Position numbers and translations under genes: made by a program. DNA of 20,000 bases, from NCBI GenBank assembly GCA_900617105.1, contig UYFQ01000479.1, positions 44,423-64,422 of the forward strand. The letters are read 5' to 3'. Shown here piece after piece: positions 1 to 11,204 of this stretch (its first letter is position 1; every line of letters begins with the position of its first letter). The DNA comes from Hydrurus foetidus. Taxonomy: Eukaryota. The notes below the pieces were generated by a model. That model saw only the letters and a list, made by a program, of their open reading frames with translations, was not told where the DNA came from and did not search any database.

Positions 1-1740
1 AACAATCACATGTTTCTTTCTGCGTATCTAGAGCAGTCGTTACAGCTGGTGAACCCAAGAGTTGCACTTCATTACATGGAGTACAGTAAATATTTTTCTA
101 GCAGCGCATTTCAAAACCGTAAGTCAGCTTTATCTCTCATCTCTATTGCCCCTTCCAAGCACGTAAACAGATCTTTGACAAGATATGTCCTCAAATATCA
201 TGATCTTCCTAGGAGTGTCGCATCAACTGGATGGTGGATCCTGGACCGAGATTCTGACTTCAAAATTCTTAGGAACATCCGATCCCATCACAGGCAGAAT
301 TATCAATGGAAGATGGGAGAACACTTCTGTTCCGTATATGACCGATGACTTCATGCTTGAAGAAGGCATTGACAAATCAACGACATTTTTCCCTTCTGAG
401 AATACAGAATGGTGAGAATATTCTGCACTGCAGATTACATAGTACAGAATACTGCTTATATTTGTAAATAGAGCACCACAATTGATGTACTGTGCAGCTG
501 ACCACATGGGAAAATTCTAGAGACACTTCACCGACACTCCTCTTCATCCTTCCACTTCTTCCCAGGTTAGTGGCTTCTGAAGCGCACTTGAGCTCTCCAT
601 ACGGTTTGCTAAGATCCCCCTGGAATTACAACCCGACCCCCACGGTGGCCCGTTTCGGAAATGTATACGGAATAGAGGATGCCTCACAGATCGCCAATCT
701 GTATCAAGTCTTCACATTCCACTTGGGTGTCAATTGCACTGACTACGACACCTTCTTCAAGTACATCGATGGCAAGCCTGTGCAGACATTTCTTCATGCA
801 GCTGAAGACGATACACACGGCAAGTTCCACTTCACTTTCGGAGGAGTGGGGGGACCCCAGGCTGATGCTAGTGTACAAGCACTGATAAAGACCTACAATC
901 TATCGTACTCCAACATCGCTGCACTCACTATATCAGCCCAACATTTCTACAAGAAATATCTCGCTCTCAGTCACACGTATCCCTTACTGTGTACGGACAA
1001 TCCTTGGCAGAACGGTGCGTTGCAATCCACTGCCATGCCAGGATATGAAGGCGGTCCACAGTGCGATTTTGATGGATCCTACTATCTCACGGAAACGAGT
1101 CTTGACGGACTTATTGCACTGTTCTTTAACTATGACCCCGATAGTATGGACAGTGTAGCACTTCGCATCACCAGTATGCAATTTGAGGATAAGAAAGCTG
1201 TCATGAAGATTGTTGCCAATATGTTTCCATATGATGGAGATCTTGCTGGATCTGGTGCAGGTGAGACATGATCGTAACTCTTTGATTCTAGTCCGTTTAG
1301 ATATCCAGTTTAAGGATGAGTAGCTATTTAACCCTCTCTTCTTCTAATCTCACTCACTGACTCACTGACTTACTTTCTATCCTCTCTCACTCACTTTTTC
1401 CCTCTCTCAATATTCATATTCAACAGCCCTCGACCCTCTCTTCTGGGTTGCACATGGTGCTGTAGAACGGAGTTTTCAAAAAGCAGTGTTCGCAGACGCC
1501 TTTACCGATCTGGTGTACGATCATGACGGACACTGTTCTGGTCACAACTACCTCTCCTCCAAGGCTTGGCTGGAAGGGTTTTATTTATCCGATGAAACTA
1601 TTGCGACAGAGGAGCTCACGAACGCTGACCTCTCCAAGATCCTCACTCCTACCACTGACGAATACCGCGACCTCGTCAACTTCGTCTACGACACAGCGTC
1701 ATTCGATTGGTGCACCAACTCAGCCACATGGTTCACGTAA
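1..1740 (+). CDS. Tyrosinase-like type-3 di-copper protein, 5'-truncated. Exons <1-118, 213-411, 566-1260, 1427-1740
   Basis: Three GT-AG introns (119-212, 412-565, 1261-1426) join the ORF pieces in matching phase. Motifs: NHMFLSAYLEQSLQLVNPRVALHY (resembles the CuA tail H..F..E..LQ.V.P.V.LPY), SPYGLLRSPWN, CuB THGKFH and DPLFWVAHGAVER (formed only after splicing). Stop TAA at 1738-1740. Confidence 0.85.
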
Positions 1741-2640
1741 TTCACGGAACAGAATGAAGAGTATTTCGTAGCCCATGAGCAGCTGATCTCAGTGTAGACG
1801 ATTTAAATCTCCTATTTTGCACTCGTAATTTTGTATGTTGAGAATTATTTCATCTTTTATTCCTCGTTTGCTACTATTTGCATTTTACGCTTAATTGATT
1901 TCCGAGACAGCAAGCTGCGCTTTTTATAAAGTAGAGTGTCGTATATTGACTCTTACCGCAGTTCTAAACATCATTTGAATTTTCCAGCTCTTTCAGTGAG
2001 CTTGCATAGTGCCCAACTTGTGCGTAGACGTCTTGTTTCATATCATTTTTCTGGGTCGCTTAGAATGGCCTTACGGACACTTCGTTTTAATAAAATTTGA
2101 TATTTTTGATCACTTTCCAGAGGCAGAACAATTTACAGAGAGTTATGCAATTAATTGGATTGCTGTCATGCTTCTTACAGTCATATCGGCAAGTGGAATA
2201 TTGAAATTCAACAGCACATTCATCTTTATCTACAGTCTTGATTTGTTCATGAGCGATGTCTCCCACTGCACCGCATAGGTTCCCAGGATTACAATCAACT
2301 TTGAACTGTCGATGCGGACGTTCTACTGCTGATAATATTCAGTTTGTTATAAATTTGAAGTTTGAAGTTTTAAAAAAGTGTTGTCAGCCGTCAGCACCGA
2401 CATCAGAGGGTTGAACCCCAGGGGCTTTCCGGCGGGTGGGGGGGGCAGAAATCGAATCACTGTTTGAAATAATTTGAAAAAATGCCGATGGGATTACTGT
2501 ACCTTCTCACCTTCGACTTCTAAATACCGGCATGCAGATGAATGCTGTGGATAACTTCCCCGTTGTTCTGCTAACCTGTGTCAGTTTTCGTGCCAGCCTG
2601 TCAATGCTGGTCCGACGAGAAGAAGTTCTAATACAGTAGC

Positions 2641-5600
2641 ATGTCTAATGATGGTGTACGGCGTTCTTATCAACTGGGGGATCAATCTACCGGGACAACA
2701 GCCGACAAGTTAGTTAGTGCTCACTTGAGACTTGTAAAGTCTGCTTGGCAAGATGATCAGAATGAATTAGAGAAAGAGAAGGATACTGCGAACGCGTTGC
2801 GTAATGAAATTGCACTTATGACTTCGGCGACTGAGCTGCAAACGCTACGTGGTGACATGGGTATTTTATTCAGCAGCAACACAAAAAATCCATGCTGTTT
2901 CGTTGATTCTATTGGGCGGCTCTTGCCTGAAGATTTCATAGATTTTCTCAATTTAAAATGCTGCATCCGAAGTGGTAACTCATGGATCATAGTGGGGATA
3001 AAGGATTCCATTCGGCGGGTATTTGATTCTGCATTCGATCACTCAGTCAGCTCTATGCAGACAAATAACGTTTACGAGATCAAACAAGTTGCAAGAGAAG
3101 CTCACGGTGCATCGAATCAATCGGAAGATGATGCAACGATTACTTTCGTTGTCCCTGTGTTTCCTTCAGCATGTCTGTGGTTGCTTGAAAGCAATTCTGC
3201 GGATTCTGCAAAATCAATTGACCTCTATAATTTCAGTCCATCTAGATATTCTACTTTGATATCCCATGGGAGTCAAAGTAGGCACATAAAGTCAGATCGG
3301 CCACTTAGTTTAGGGAATTCAATTGAAGATAGGATTGCCAGAATGCTGAGAGCAGCTGGATTCCTAAGCGGAACGTTCTTTTCCGTCCTGGAAGCAGCTT
3401 CTCAATTCTGCATGTCATCTCTGCTGCACTATTTGGAATGCCAGCAGACAGACGCAATGGTTAGTTGGCGACACGTATGCCAGCTGTAACTGGTGAATTG
3501 ATTTCATATCGTTGAGTAGCACTGGAGAAAACGCTGTACTGCGTAATGATTCAGCAATCAGTATGTAGTATTTCGTGACATTCTTGGACTCAGATATACA
3601 TTTTATGTCATATTTGCTTTCCATGAATGTCACACTCACATAAGACGCTGCAGTATCACCTTACACTTTCTAATCTCCGAACCCTTTCTAGCTGGAGGAC
3701 GAGATGTGTCGGCACATCGAGAGCAACACGTACATGGCGAGCCAAAGCAGACGACTTGAAGACGTCTCAACGACCATGGAGTGAGACTTTTCTGCCTTTT
3801 ATCTCTTTAACTTGAGCATATGTTATACATATTGAATATTTATGTAATCTCTTCACTGACGTCACTCCTCCTTCTTTCTCTCACCATAGATCCCTGTTGA
3901 GGAAAGTGCGTTCTCAAGAGCGCTCCATCCTCCTCAACTCATTCACATCGTTTTGCTCTTCTCTAGTACACGACATGATAAGGCAAAGGCAAAAGAGGAT
4001 GTCAGATATTGATATGGATGGATGCAGCACTGATAAGGTAACCCATGCTCTGTAATTTGTATTTTATGTTTTTTGTTTCGTATTTTGACATACGGAATAC
4101 ACGTCATACATCATGTTGTACACAAATATTCCGTCTTATGGACAGTAGTCATAAAAAAACAACCGGATTCTGGACAACCGTAACAAACACACATCACTGC
4201 ACACGTCTTCATCATTCATCTAAAAGAAATACCTCAAATCTTACTCTTTCTCACATGATACGGCATAGGTTGCGGAAATTTCAAATAGCTCCGCTGAGAT
4301 TTCCTCAACTTCAATGTCCGCACTCTCTGAGTACGTGCGTACGTCATTGCCCATCCTCCTGGGTGTATCAGAAGTCAGTCTTGTAGAAACTCAAAATGAA
4401 AATAAAACCGAAAATGATAACAAAAATTATACTGCTAGAAAAAAAGAAAAAGAATTCGTTTCGTCTCATGTGGAATCAAAGTCCAAGAATCGTTTGAACG
4501 AACAAAATAGCGATAACAGCAAGAAGAGCAGAATTGTTCCAATCAATATAATTGGAGAGGATGAAGACGTAGAGTGTAGTACTATATCTGTTGCTGGAAA
4601 GTGCACCCGAATAGATGCATCGAGTTATCATCTGCATTTAATCAAACATGAGACTGACGAAATTCCCGAGCCGAAAGAATATGAAAAGGAAGAGGAAACT
4701 CACAAGGGCGGTCTATTCAATGAGTCATATGACTCCCAGGAACTCGAACGAGGGGCATCAGGCAGTAGGTCAGGAGAGAATGAGGCACCTCTGCGTGTTG
4801 TTCTCTCATCTATAGGTCATGTCATCAGGACGATGAATGAGTGCGACACAGCACTGCACGCCCTCCTGTCCATGTCCTCTTTCAGGTCAGCACTTAGCAG
4901 TCAGCAGTCAGCTGCACGTACATAGTCATCGCACAGTACAGCTATGTAGTGAATCATCCTATTCAATTTTCATCATTGATCTGTAGTGCAGCGTTCCAGT
5001 CCCAACAATTATGTTGGATACATAGCTCCTCATTCTTATGCACGGTTCTCATATCATGCCTGACAGATTGTACGTGCGCGATGTACAGCACGCGTTGCTC
5101 AATATCGCAGACAGTTGCATCGTCCCAACCTACGCATCCCACCCATTCCCCAGAACTAGAACTAGAACAAGAACAAAAGGGAGGAAAGCTTCACATGAAA
5201 TAGGGGGCAGACGGACGGACCCGGTCCAGCGTGCGGACTTTGAACCTGAATTCTTGGAATTCGCTCAGAAGGTCCCAGGGATGTTCCTGTCTGGGGTTCG
5301 GGGGCGGGGTCCGGGGGGTCAATCGTGTGTGCGGTACTCTGGCAGGTGATAAAGCTTGATTAAGATTTATACGTACCGGACATGAGTATGTGTATGTACT
5401 GTGCTGTCGTTGTGGAGTACGATACCAAATATTGCTCGTACTCCATCTTCTAGCCCACGACCGTCCAAATTGGCTCTGTGACTCATTATCATTTCATCAC
5501 CATTATCAATTCGACAGACTACACTGGCAAGAGGCCAAACAGAACTCTCTGGATGATATGAAAAGAAACAATGGAAATGAAACGAAAGATCACCGTGGTG

Positions 5601-8600
5601 GACATGAGAATCAAATAGGAGTTAAAGAAGACTTGAAATGGATGACCACTAGCATGCCTGACAATCAGAACGCTTTACTCAGAGCTCGCATCACAAATAT
5701 CGCCAATAAACTCGATTTGGAAAATATGAATACAAATAGACAAATGGAGAACGGACAGACGTCCTCGGGTGTTAACGCCACCGGAAACCGTTTAGATTCC
5801 ATTTCAGACGTGTTAAATTTTGATGCTGTAGTCTCCGGTAACCAAGAGGACGCATACACGGATTCTTATAAAGAGAACATCGTTGGACACAGAAAGTGTT
5901 CGCCCTCCTCTGTCGTTGTTTTGCTGAACGAGGTGACTCGCTCCAACAGCGGTGAGCGGCGTCGTAACGGTACATACCGTCTAGATCAAGACCAGGAACA
6001 CCAGAAAAAAAAGAAAGACAGCTGTCGTCATGATAGAAGTAATGTACCTATAGTGCGTACGTGTGACATAGACACAGATCCAGGATGTGCGTCACCATGT
6101 CGATACTGGGTGCCTCTCGGACATCCCCCTGGGGCCGTTCTTGAATTGTGGGAAGTACTTACTGACGTACGTTCTAATTTGGAACAGAATATATCCCAGA
6201 CTTTGGATCTGTCGCTGCGGAATGAGGAGAGATTATACCGAATATGGCCGTGGGGTAAGAAACATCCGGTAGAGGGGTCAGTGCGTACGGAATCACGTAC
6301 GACATGTCAGGAGGATGCTACCATCAGGGCGTTGACTCTGTGGGGCGGCATATTATCAAATGCAGTGAACTCGTTTAGATTACAGATGGATCATTGTAAT
6401 GATGCGTTACTGCTAGAGGAGGAGAGGGAGCGATTGGCACATCAACGAGATGTGTTGCTACGATGCCATGCAACACTATGCGTTGAAAATGTTCCAACTG
6501 ACTGGGTAATTAATGACAATAAATTGAAAGCCGACTCAATAGAAATGAGAAGAGATTTCAAAAATAGCGGAGCTGATGAATTCAAGTATGATAGTAATGG
6601 GGATGATGGAGGAGAGGGAGGAGGAGAAGGAAGATCAGTGTCAGAGGACAATGAGGGAAGAATATCAAAAATAGACTCAGGTAATGATGGGGTATTGAAG
6701 GATAGAAGAGGTATTCTAAATAGTGAGAGCAACAGTAAGGCGGAGGAAAAAACTGTGCAGAGGAGTAGAGAGAGGGAGAGGGAGAGGGACGTGCGTAGGT
6801 GCATCACATGGCAGTGCGGTGAAATCAAAAGGAGTCTCGACGCTCTTGGTCTGACAGTCTGTAAGGTGAGAATCGCAATAACAGATCAGTTACTCCTCTC
6901 TCAAGTAGATATTTCATAGCAGCATTCTCCTAGCTGACGTGATAGCGTGAATTACGGATGTGCGCTTTCGCACCTAGACTTCACATGACTAAATATTTAT
7001 CTACAAATGTCACAACCTCCTCTGATCGTGACATCAAATATGAGTTCTCATGTCTCGTACATTATCCCATAAAATGCTTTGTATCATATTATACCGTGTA
7101 AGCAGGAAGATTCACTTACTGCTGACTTATCATATTATACCGTGTAAGCAGGAAGATTCACTTACTGCTGACTTATCATATTATACCGTGTAAGCAGGAA
7201 GATTCACTTACTGCTGACTTATCATATTATACCGTGTAAGCAGGAAGATTCACTTACTGCTGACTACACAGTGAGTTCCACTACTGTGTACGTGCGATAT
7301 CGTGGGAGGAAATCGTACGTTACAGCGCCCAGGGTCGCATGGGGGGAAGTGACTGTGCAGGGTGTTGCACAGCATGGATCACAAGGGGTAGAGATAGAGG
7401 GCAGAGGGAGTGGGGACGATTCTGATGACGTGCTGCTGTATGACAGCTCTGACAGATTATCTTCCTCTTCCACTTTGCATTCTCCTCCACTGTCTGTCAA
7501 CCCCTTGAAGGAGAATGCGCACATACGAGTGACGTTTGTGTGGAAGGGTATCACTGGTCACTTGATCCTGCACTTGGTACCAATTAGTGACTCAACTTCA
7601 AGTTCGAGTGCTTGGAGTATTCGACAGGGAAGTCACAGTGGGGCAGAAGTTGACTGTGCCGATGAGTGTAGTGATAGTGATAGTGATAGTGATATGTGTG
7701 GAGCCAGCAGTGGTGATGGACGAAAGATGGTCACCACTATCCTCAGGTCTCTCTCTCATAGCGTCTTCAGTCTGTATCATGGGTCCAAGAATACAGAGGC
7801 GATTCGGCAACAGAAAGAGACGATCAAGAAATTGAAGTGAGAGGGTTGCTTTTCTTATCCATAATGCGTCATGCATAACACATATCAGACACGAGACCTC
7901 ATCTGTTACGTCATGTTACATAACATCATATCGTTTGATATTGCACTACGATATGTAGCGACAAAATCCTACAAATCTAACCGGAAATAACGACATCATT
8001 ATTTTTCACAGGGCACAAATCAATAGAAAGAGTGACGTTGCTATTGCAGTGTCAGATTTACCGATGTACGACCACCAGGAGCTTGAAGAGAGACTAAGAC
8101 AGAATGCGGATGCAATAAATGAGACAGAGAACGAGTTGCGCATTGTCAGAGCTCTACACAGAGCGAGAGATAAGGAGTGGGAGGAGTATAAAAATGACCG
8201 CAGTTCAAGGGAAGAAGATCTGAGAGAGAGGGAAGTGGCGGTGAGAGAAGAGGCATCAGCGCTCTCGGCAATGCACAGAGCTATGTCAGAGGACTTGAAG
8301 GGGTCAGTCAGAGGAGAGTCACTAGCGCTGTCTCTGTTGAAGCAGAGGGAAGCACTGGCAGAGAGAGAGAAGAGGGACTATGAGGGGCTAGTGCGTAACT
8401 TGAAGAGCGACTTGTTGGACGCCCAAAGAGCGTTACAACTAGAGAGAGAAAGCAATCAGAAATTAAAAGACACGGTAAACACTGACCGATCTATGCCGGA
8501 TATACCGCATGATACGGCCAATAATCCCAAAGGTCCTCTCACCCACTTGAGATCACCGCGCACACTCCAGCACTTCCCAAATCCGTATTTGAATTCTAGT

Positions 8601-8774
8601 CTTGGTCCTCAAGAACGCATGATCACATCATCCCCAAAGGGATTACGATTATCTTTTCTCGACCCCCTTGAATCGTCCCCGGTCACTCCACCCCCTTCAG
8701 GGGGAGACATAAAGGGGTGTCTCAGTGACATGGTATCCCCTTCGACCAGAATGTCGACATATTCGAGGGAGTAG
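2641..8774 (+). CDS. Large hypothetical protein (about 1520 aa), low-complexity, with a C-terminal coiled-coil region. Proposed exons 2641-3459, 3692-3780, 3890-4037, 4269-4885, 5154-5345, 5518-6865, 7244-7836, 8012-8774
   Basis: Long ORFs 2641, 4314, 5038, 5390, 7271 and 8049 plus two short exons are joined by seven GT-AG introns with matching phases; spliced length 4569 nt is divisible by 3. The last exon is E/R/L-rich and heptad-like. No domain recognised. The start codon and the 5154-5345 exon are less certain. Confidence 0.65.
7082..7265 (+). repeat. Perfect tandem repeat, 4 x 46 bp (TATCATATTATACCGTGTAAGCAGGAAGATTCACTTACTGCTGACT)
   Basis: Identical copies start at 7082, 7128, 7174 and 7220 with no spacers. 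Confidence 0.97.
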
Positions 8775-9008
8775 CTTTTGTATTGGCGCAGTACTTGTTA
8801 GATCCAAACACACACACAGAGTTATCCATCCCTCTACCCGCGCTCTGGACGACATTGGGACTATAGGTTGATGCGGCAGAAATCATCTTTACACTTTAAC
8901 AGATTATTGCTCTTCGCATGACACTGCATCATGTCGAAGTACTGTAAATCGTTTAAAAGAATACCGGGGAAAATATACTGTACCAGCTGTTTATTTTCCC
9001 TCTCTATA

Positions 9009-9033
9009 GTACTGTACTGTACTGTACTGTACT
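9009..9033. repeat. Microsatellite (GTACT)5
   Basis: Read directly from the sequence. Confidence 0.9.
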
Positions 9034-9464
9034 CTACTTTTCCAGTGCAGCACAAACTACAGCAGAATCACCAATCAGGACATATTTCCCATTCTTCTTC
9101 ACAGATGATATCTATAAAAGGAAATAGCGCCTGTGTGTTGATGTCCTCTGCTTTGCGATGGCTTTGATGAGCTCGAAAGTGGACTGAGTTACCGATAAAA
9201 TCCGCCTGTTATACAAAAGAAATTCAACAATTACTCTGCTCTTATATTACATAAATCAAATCCAATGATAATAATGGAAACGGAATCAATATAGTTGCGA
9301 AAGAAACAACTGTTCGTAACCCTGAAAGCTTCTGCTGTATGTCGTAAGCTGACGTATTCGCTTGTCTTTACAACATTCATTCGCCCTGTTTGATTTTGAG
9401 GCCTCGCAGTTTACGTCAGATACCAATAATAAGATATATCAACCAAGGGGAAATTTTCCTTCAT

Positions 9465-10117
9465 TCATTTTCTGCGACTTCTTTTAGTGGATTTGACCGA
9501 GATGGATTTAGCCTGTTCCTCTTCTTCATGTTCATTGGGTGAAGAATGTTCGGCATCCTCAGATGATGAGGAACATCTTGTCGAAGAATGTTCCTGTTTC
9601 TGAGACTCAGCCCTCAGAGGAGCACTAAATGGACTGCTTGGACAAGCTTCCACATACGACATGATATCGCTTCTTGGAAGAGAGGGCATATGTGTTTTTA
9701 TGAACTTGTCGAAATCAGACTGAACTTTTGACTTTTTCGCACCCGATACCAGAGTCAACATAAATTTAAACTCCTTAATTCTCTGCATACAGTAGAGTAG
9801 TAGTGTCATCAATGGCTGTCAAAATTAATTGGACACTCATTGTTTGACTACCTGTTTTCGACAAGCCATTGCGACTTTATAGACATTTACTGCAAGTTCG
9901 GCATTCCTAAGTGCCATATTCACGACATCGATCTCCCTTTGTAATTGCGCTGTCGATCTCTGTAAGCCTTCCGCAACGTAATTTATTCCATAAGAGATTC
10001 TTCCTCCTCTCTTTCCTCCTCCCGGAGTGCCTGAGTCCTTTTGCGACGTTTGGCTTGCTCTTCAGTCAGCTTTCTAGAGTCATACTCTGGCGACTCAAAT
10101 TCATCCATATCCTCCAT
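9465..10117 (-). pseudogene. Frameshifted paralog of the 11767-12421 gene. Exons 10117-9852 and 9782-9465
   Basis: Same N-terminus (MEDMDEFESPEYDSRKLTEEQAKRRKRTQALR) and same intron position (CAG|GT...CAG|AGAATT; intron 9783-9851). The frame from ATG 10117 stops at TAA after ..EESLME, and homology (QLQREIDVVNMALRN) resumes in another frame. Confidence 0.7.
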
Positions 10118-10706
10118 TTGTCAGTCACTGGGCAGCAATAGATTGATTTGAGTTATGCTCCATGTTCACCATACCACGTCAAACAATCCTTTGAAAATTG
10201 TGCACTCGAAAAACTAGAAAAATGTCATCGGGAGTCATCGTGAGGCTAACCCTTATGACGCCTACGGATTACCGATTTTCTGTTTTCTCCCACAAGGCCG
10301 TGTGCAGCAACCATTGCAGTCGAATTGACAGCAAGTAATAAGTAGGTTCGGTCAGATGTTTATCAGCGTCATTCTGCAGAAAACTAAGGGACTACTTTAC
10401 ATTATTTCAAACGGGAAGTAGTCCCGAATCAACATAATATTTTTTATAGAGTGTGGAGTGTGGAGTGTGGGTATTTACCGGTTTCAGTTTTCAGTTTTCA
10501 GTTGTGTTCTCTACTCACCCTATACTCACAGACTCACAGATATGAACTGACATGGACTGTAACTGCAGTGTACCCGCCAACGTCATGCAATTGCAATCGA
10601 AGGGCATTGCCGTCCTCTGAGAAGGATGGGTAACTGTCACGGTAGCTCGTATAAATTATCTTCATCCAGACCTTCCAACTGCGACCATCAATGAGAAAAA
10701 TCAAGA

Positions 10707-10914
10707 CATGAGGGGGCGATTCTGGGTTTGTCCACAACATCCGGTGCAATCATCTCGTGCAGCGAGGACAAAACCACAGCTGTGAGTCTCTGGGATTACG
10801 AATCGTCCCGACGAGGCCTGATTGGTGTTGGAGAAGTCTCCTACCTTAATGGTCACAGTCGAGCGGTCAATAGGGTCGCCGCGTTCAGTAACTCGGGAGA
10901 GAGAATGATGTGTT
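10707..10914 (+). pseudogene. Degenerate WD40-repeat gene fragment (LIS1/NudF-like wording), copy 1
   Basis: HEGAILGLSTTSGAIISCSEDKTTAVSLWDYES..LNGHSRAVNRVAAFSNSGERM fits the WD40 pattern H..I...S.S.D.T..LWD / GH...V..VAFS..G. Upstream frames contain stops. Confidence 0.65.
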
Positions 10915-11204
10915 TTATGATGACTTTCTTCATACCTCAAAAAAAAATTATGCACGCGTTGTTATCTGGTCGATTGCACTGTATATGTACCGTTTGGTTT
11001 GGACAGTCTTTAGAATGCATCACTTCACGCTCTCACAATAATCAATAGATTTTATCTAATAGGTTGCAAAGGATTTGAATCGATAGGATGTGAGGTAAAA
11101 TTATTTGACCTAAAGAGAACCCAGTAATAATTTAGTGCTGGATTCACTTTGATCCTGAACCCAGACCATCAAATGGAAAAAAACACAGGACGAAAGACGC
11201 ATAC

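Larger units (their letters stand above)
9070..10914. repeat. Segmental duplication, copy 1. Block A (about 9070-10392) matches 11205-12714 directly; block B (about 10470-10914) matches 14495-14930 inverted
   Basis: Near-identical tracts: 9347-9442 = 11649-11745, 10028-10340 = 12330-12642, and 10581-10914 = reverse complement of 14495-14828. They are separated by alignable but diverged tracts. Outer boundaries are approximate. Confidence 0.9.

Noticed and set aside
2009..2278. 89-aa hydrophobic plus ORF
   Set aside because: GTG start in a eukaryote, no motif or splice support; probably a shadow frame.
4987..5069. Extra small exon (TAG|TGCAGC...GATT|GTACGT) in the large gene
   Set aside because: Its donor phase does not match the next acceptor at 5153 and would create a stop.
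6442..6828. Hydrophobic S/L-rich minus ORF
   Set aside because: Antisense of a purine-rich low-complexity exon.
7082..7265. CRISPR-like array
   Set aside because: Units are head-to-tail identical with no spacers, the context is a eukaryotic gene, and no cas genes are present.
7670..7693. (AGTGAT)4 repeat
   Set aside because: Ordinary coding microsatellite encoding SDSDSDSD.
10701..10955. Minus ORF repeated as plus ORF 14478-14708
   Set aside because: Conservation only reflects the DNA duplication; the opposite strand carries the WD40 pattern.
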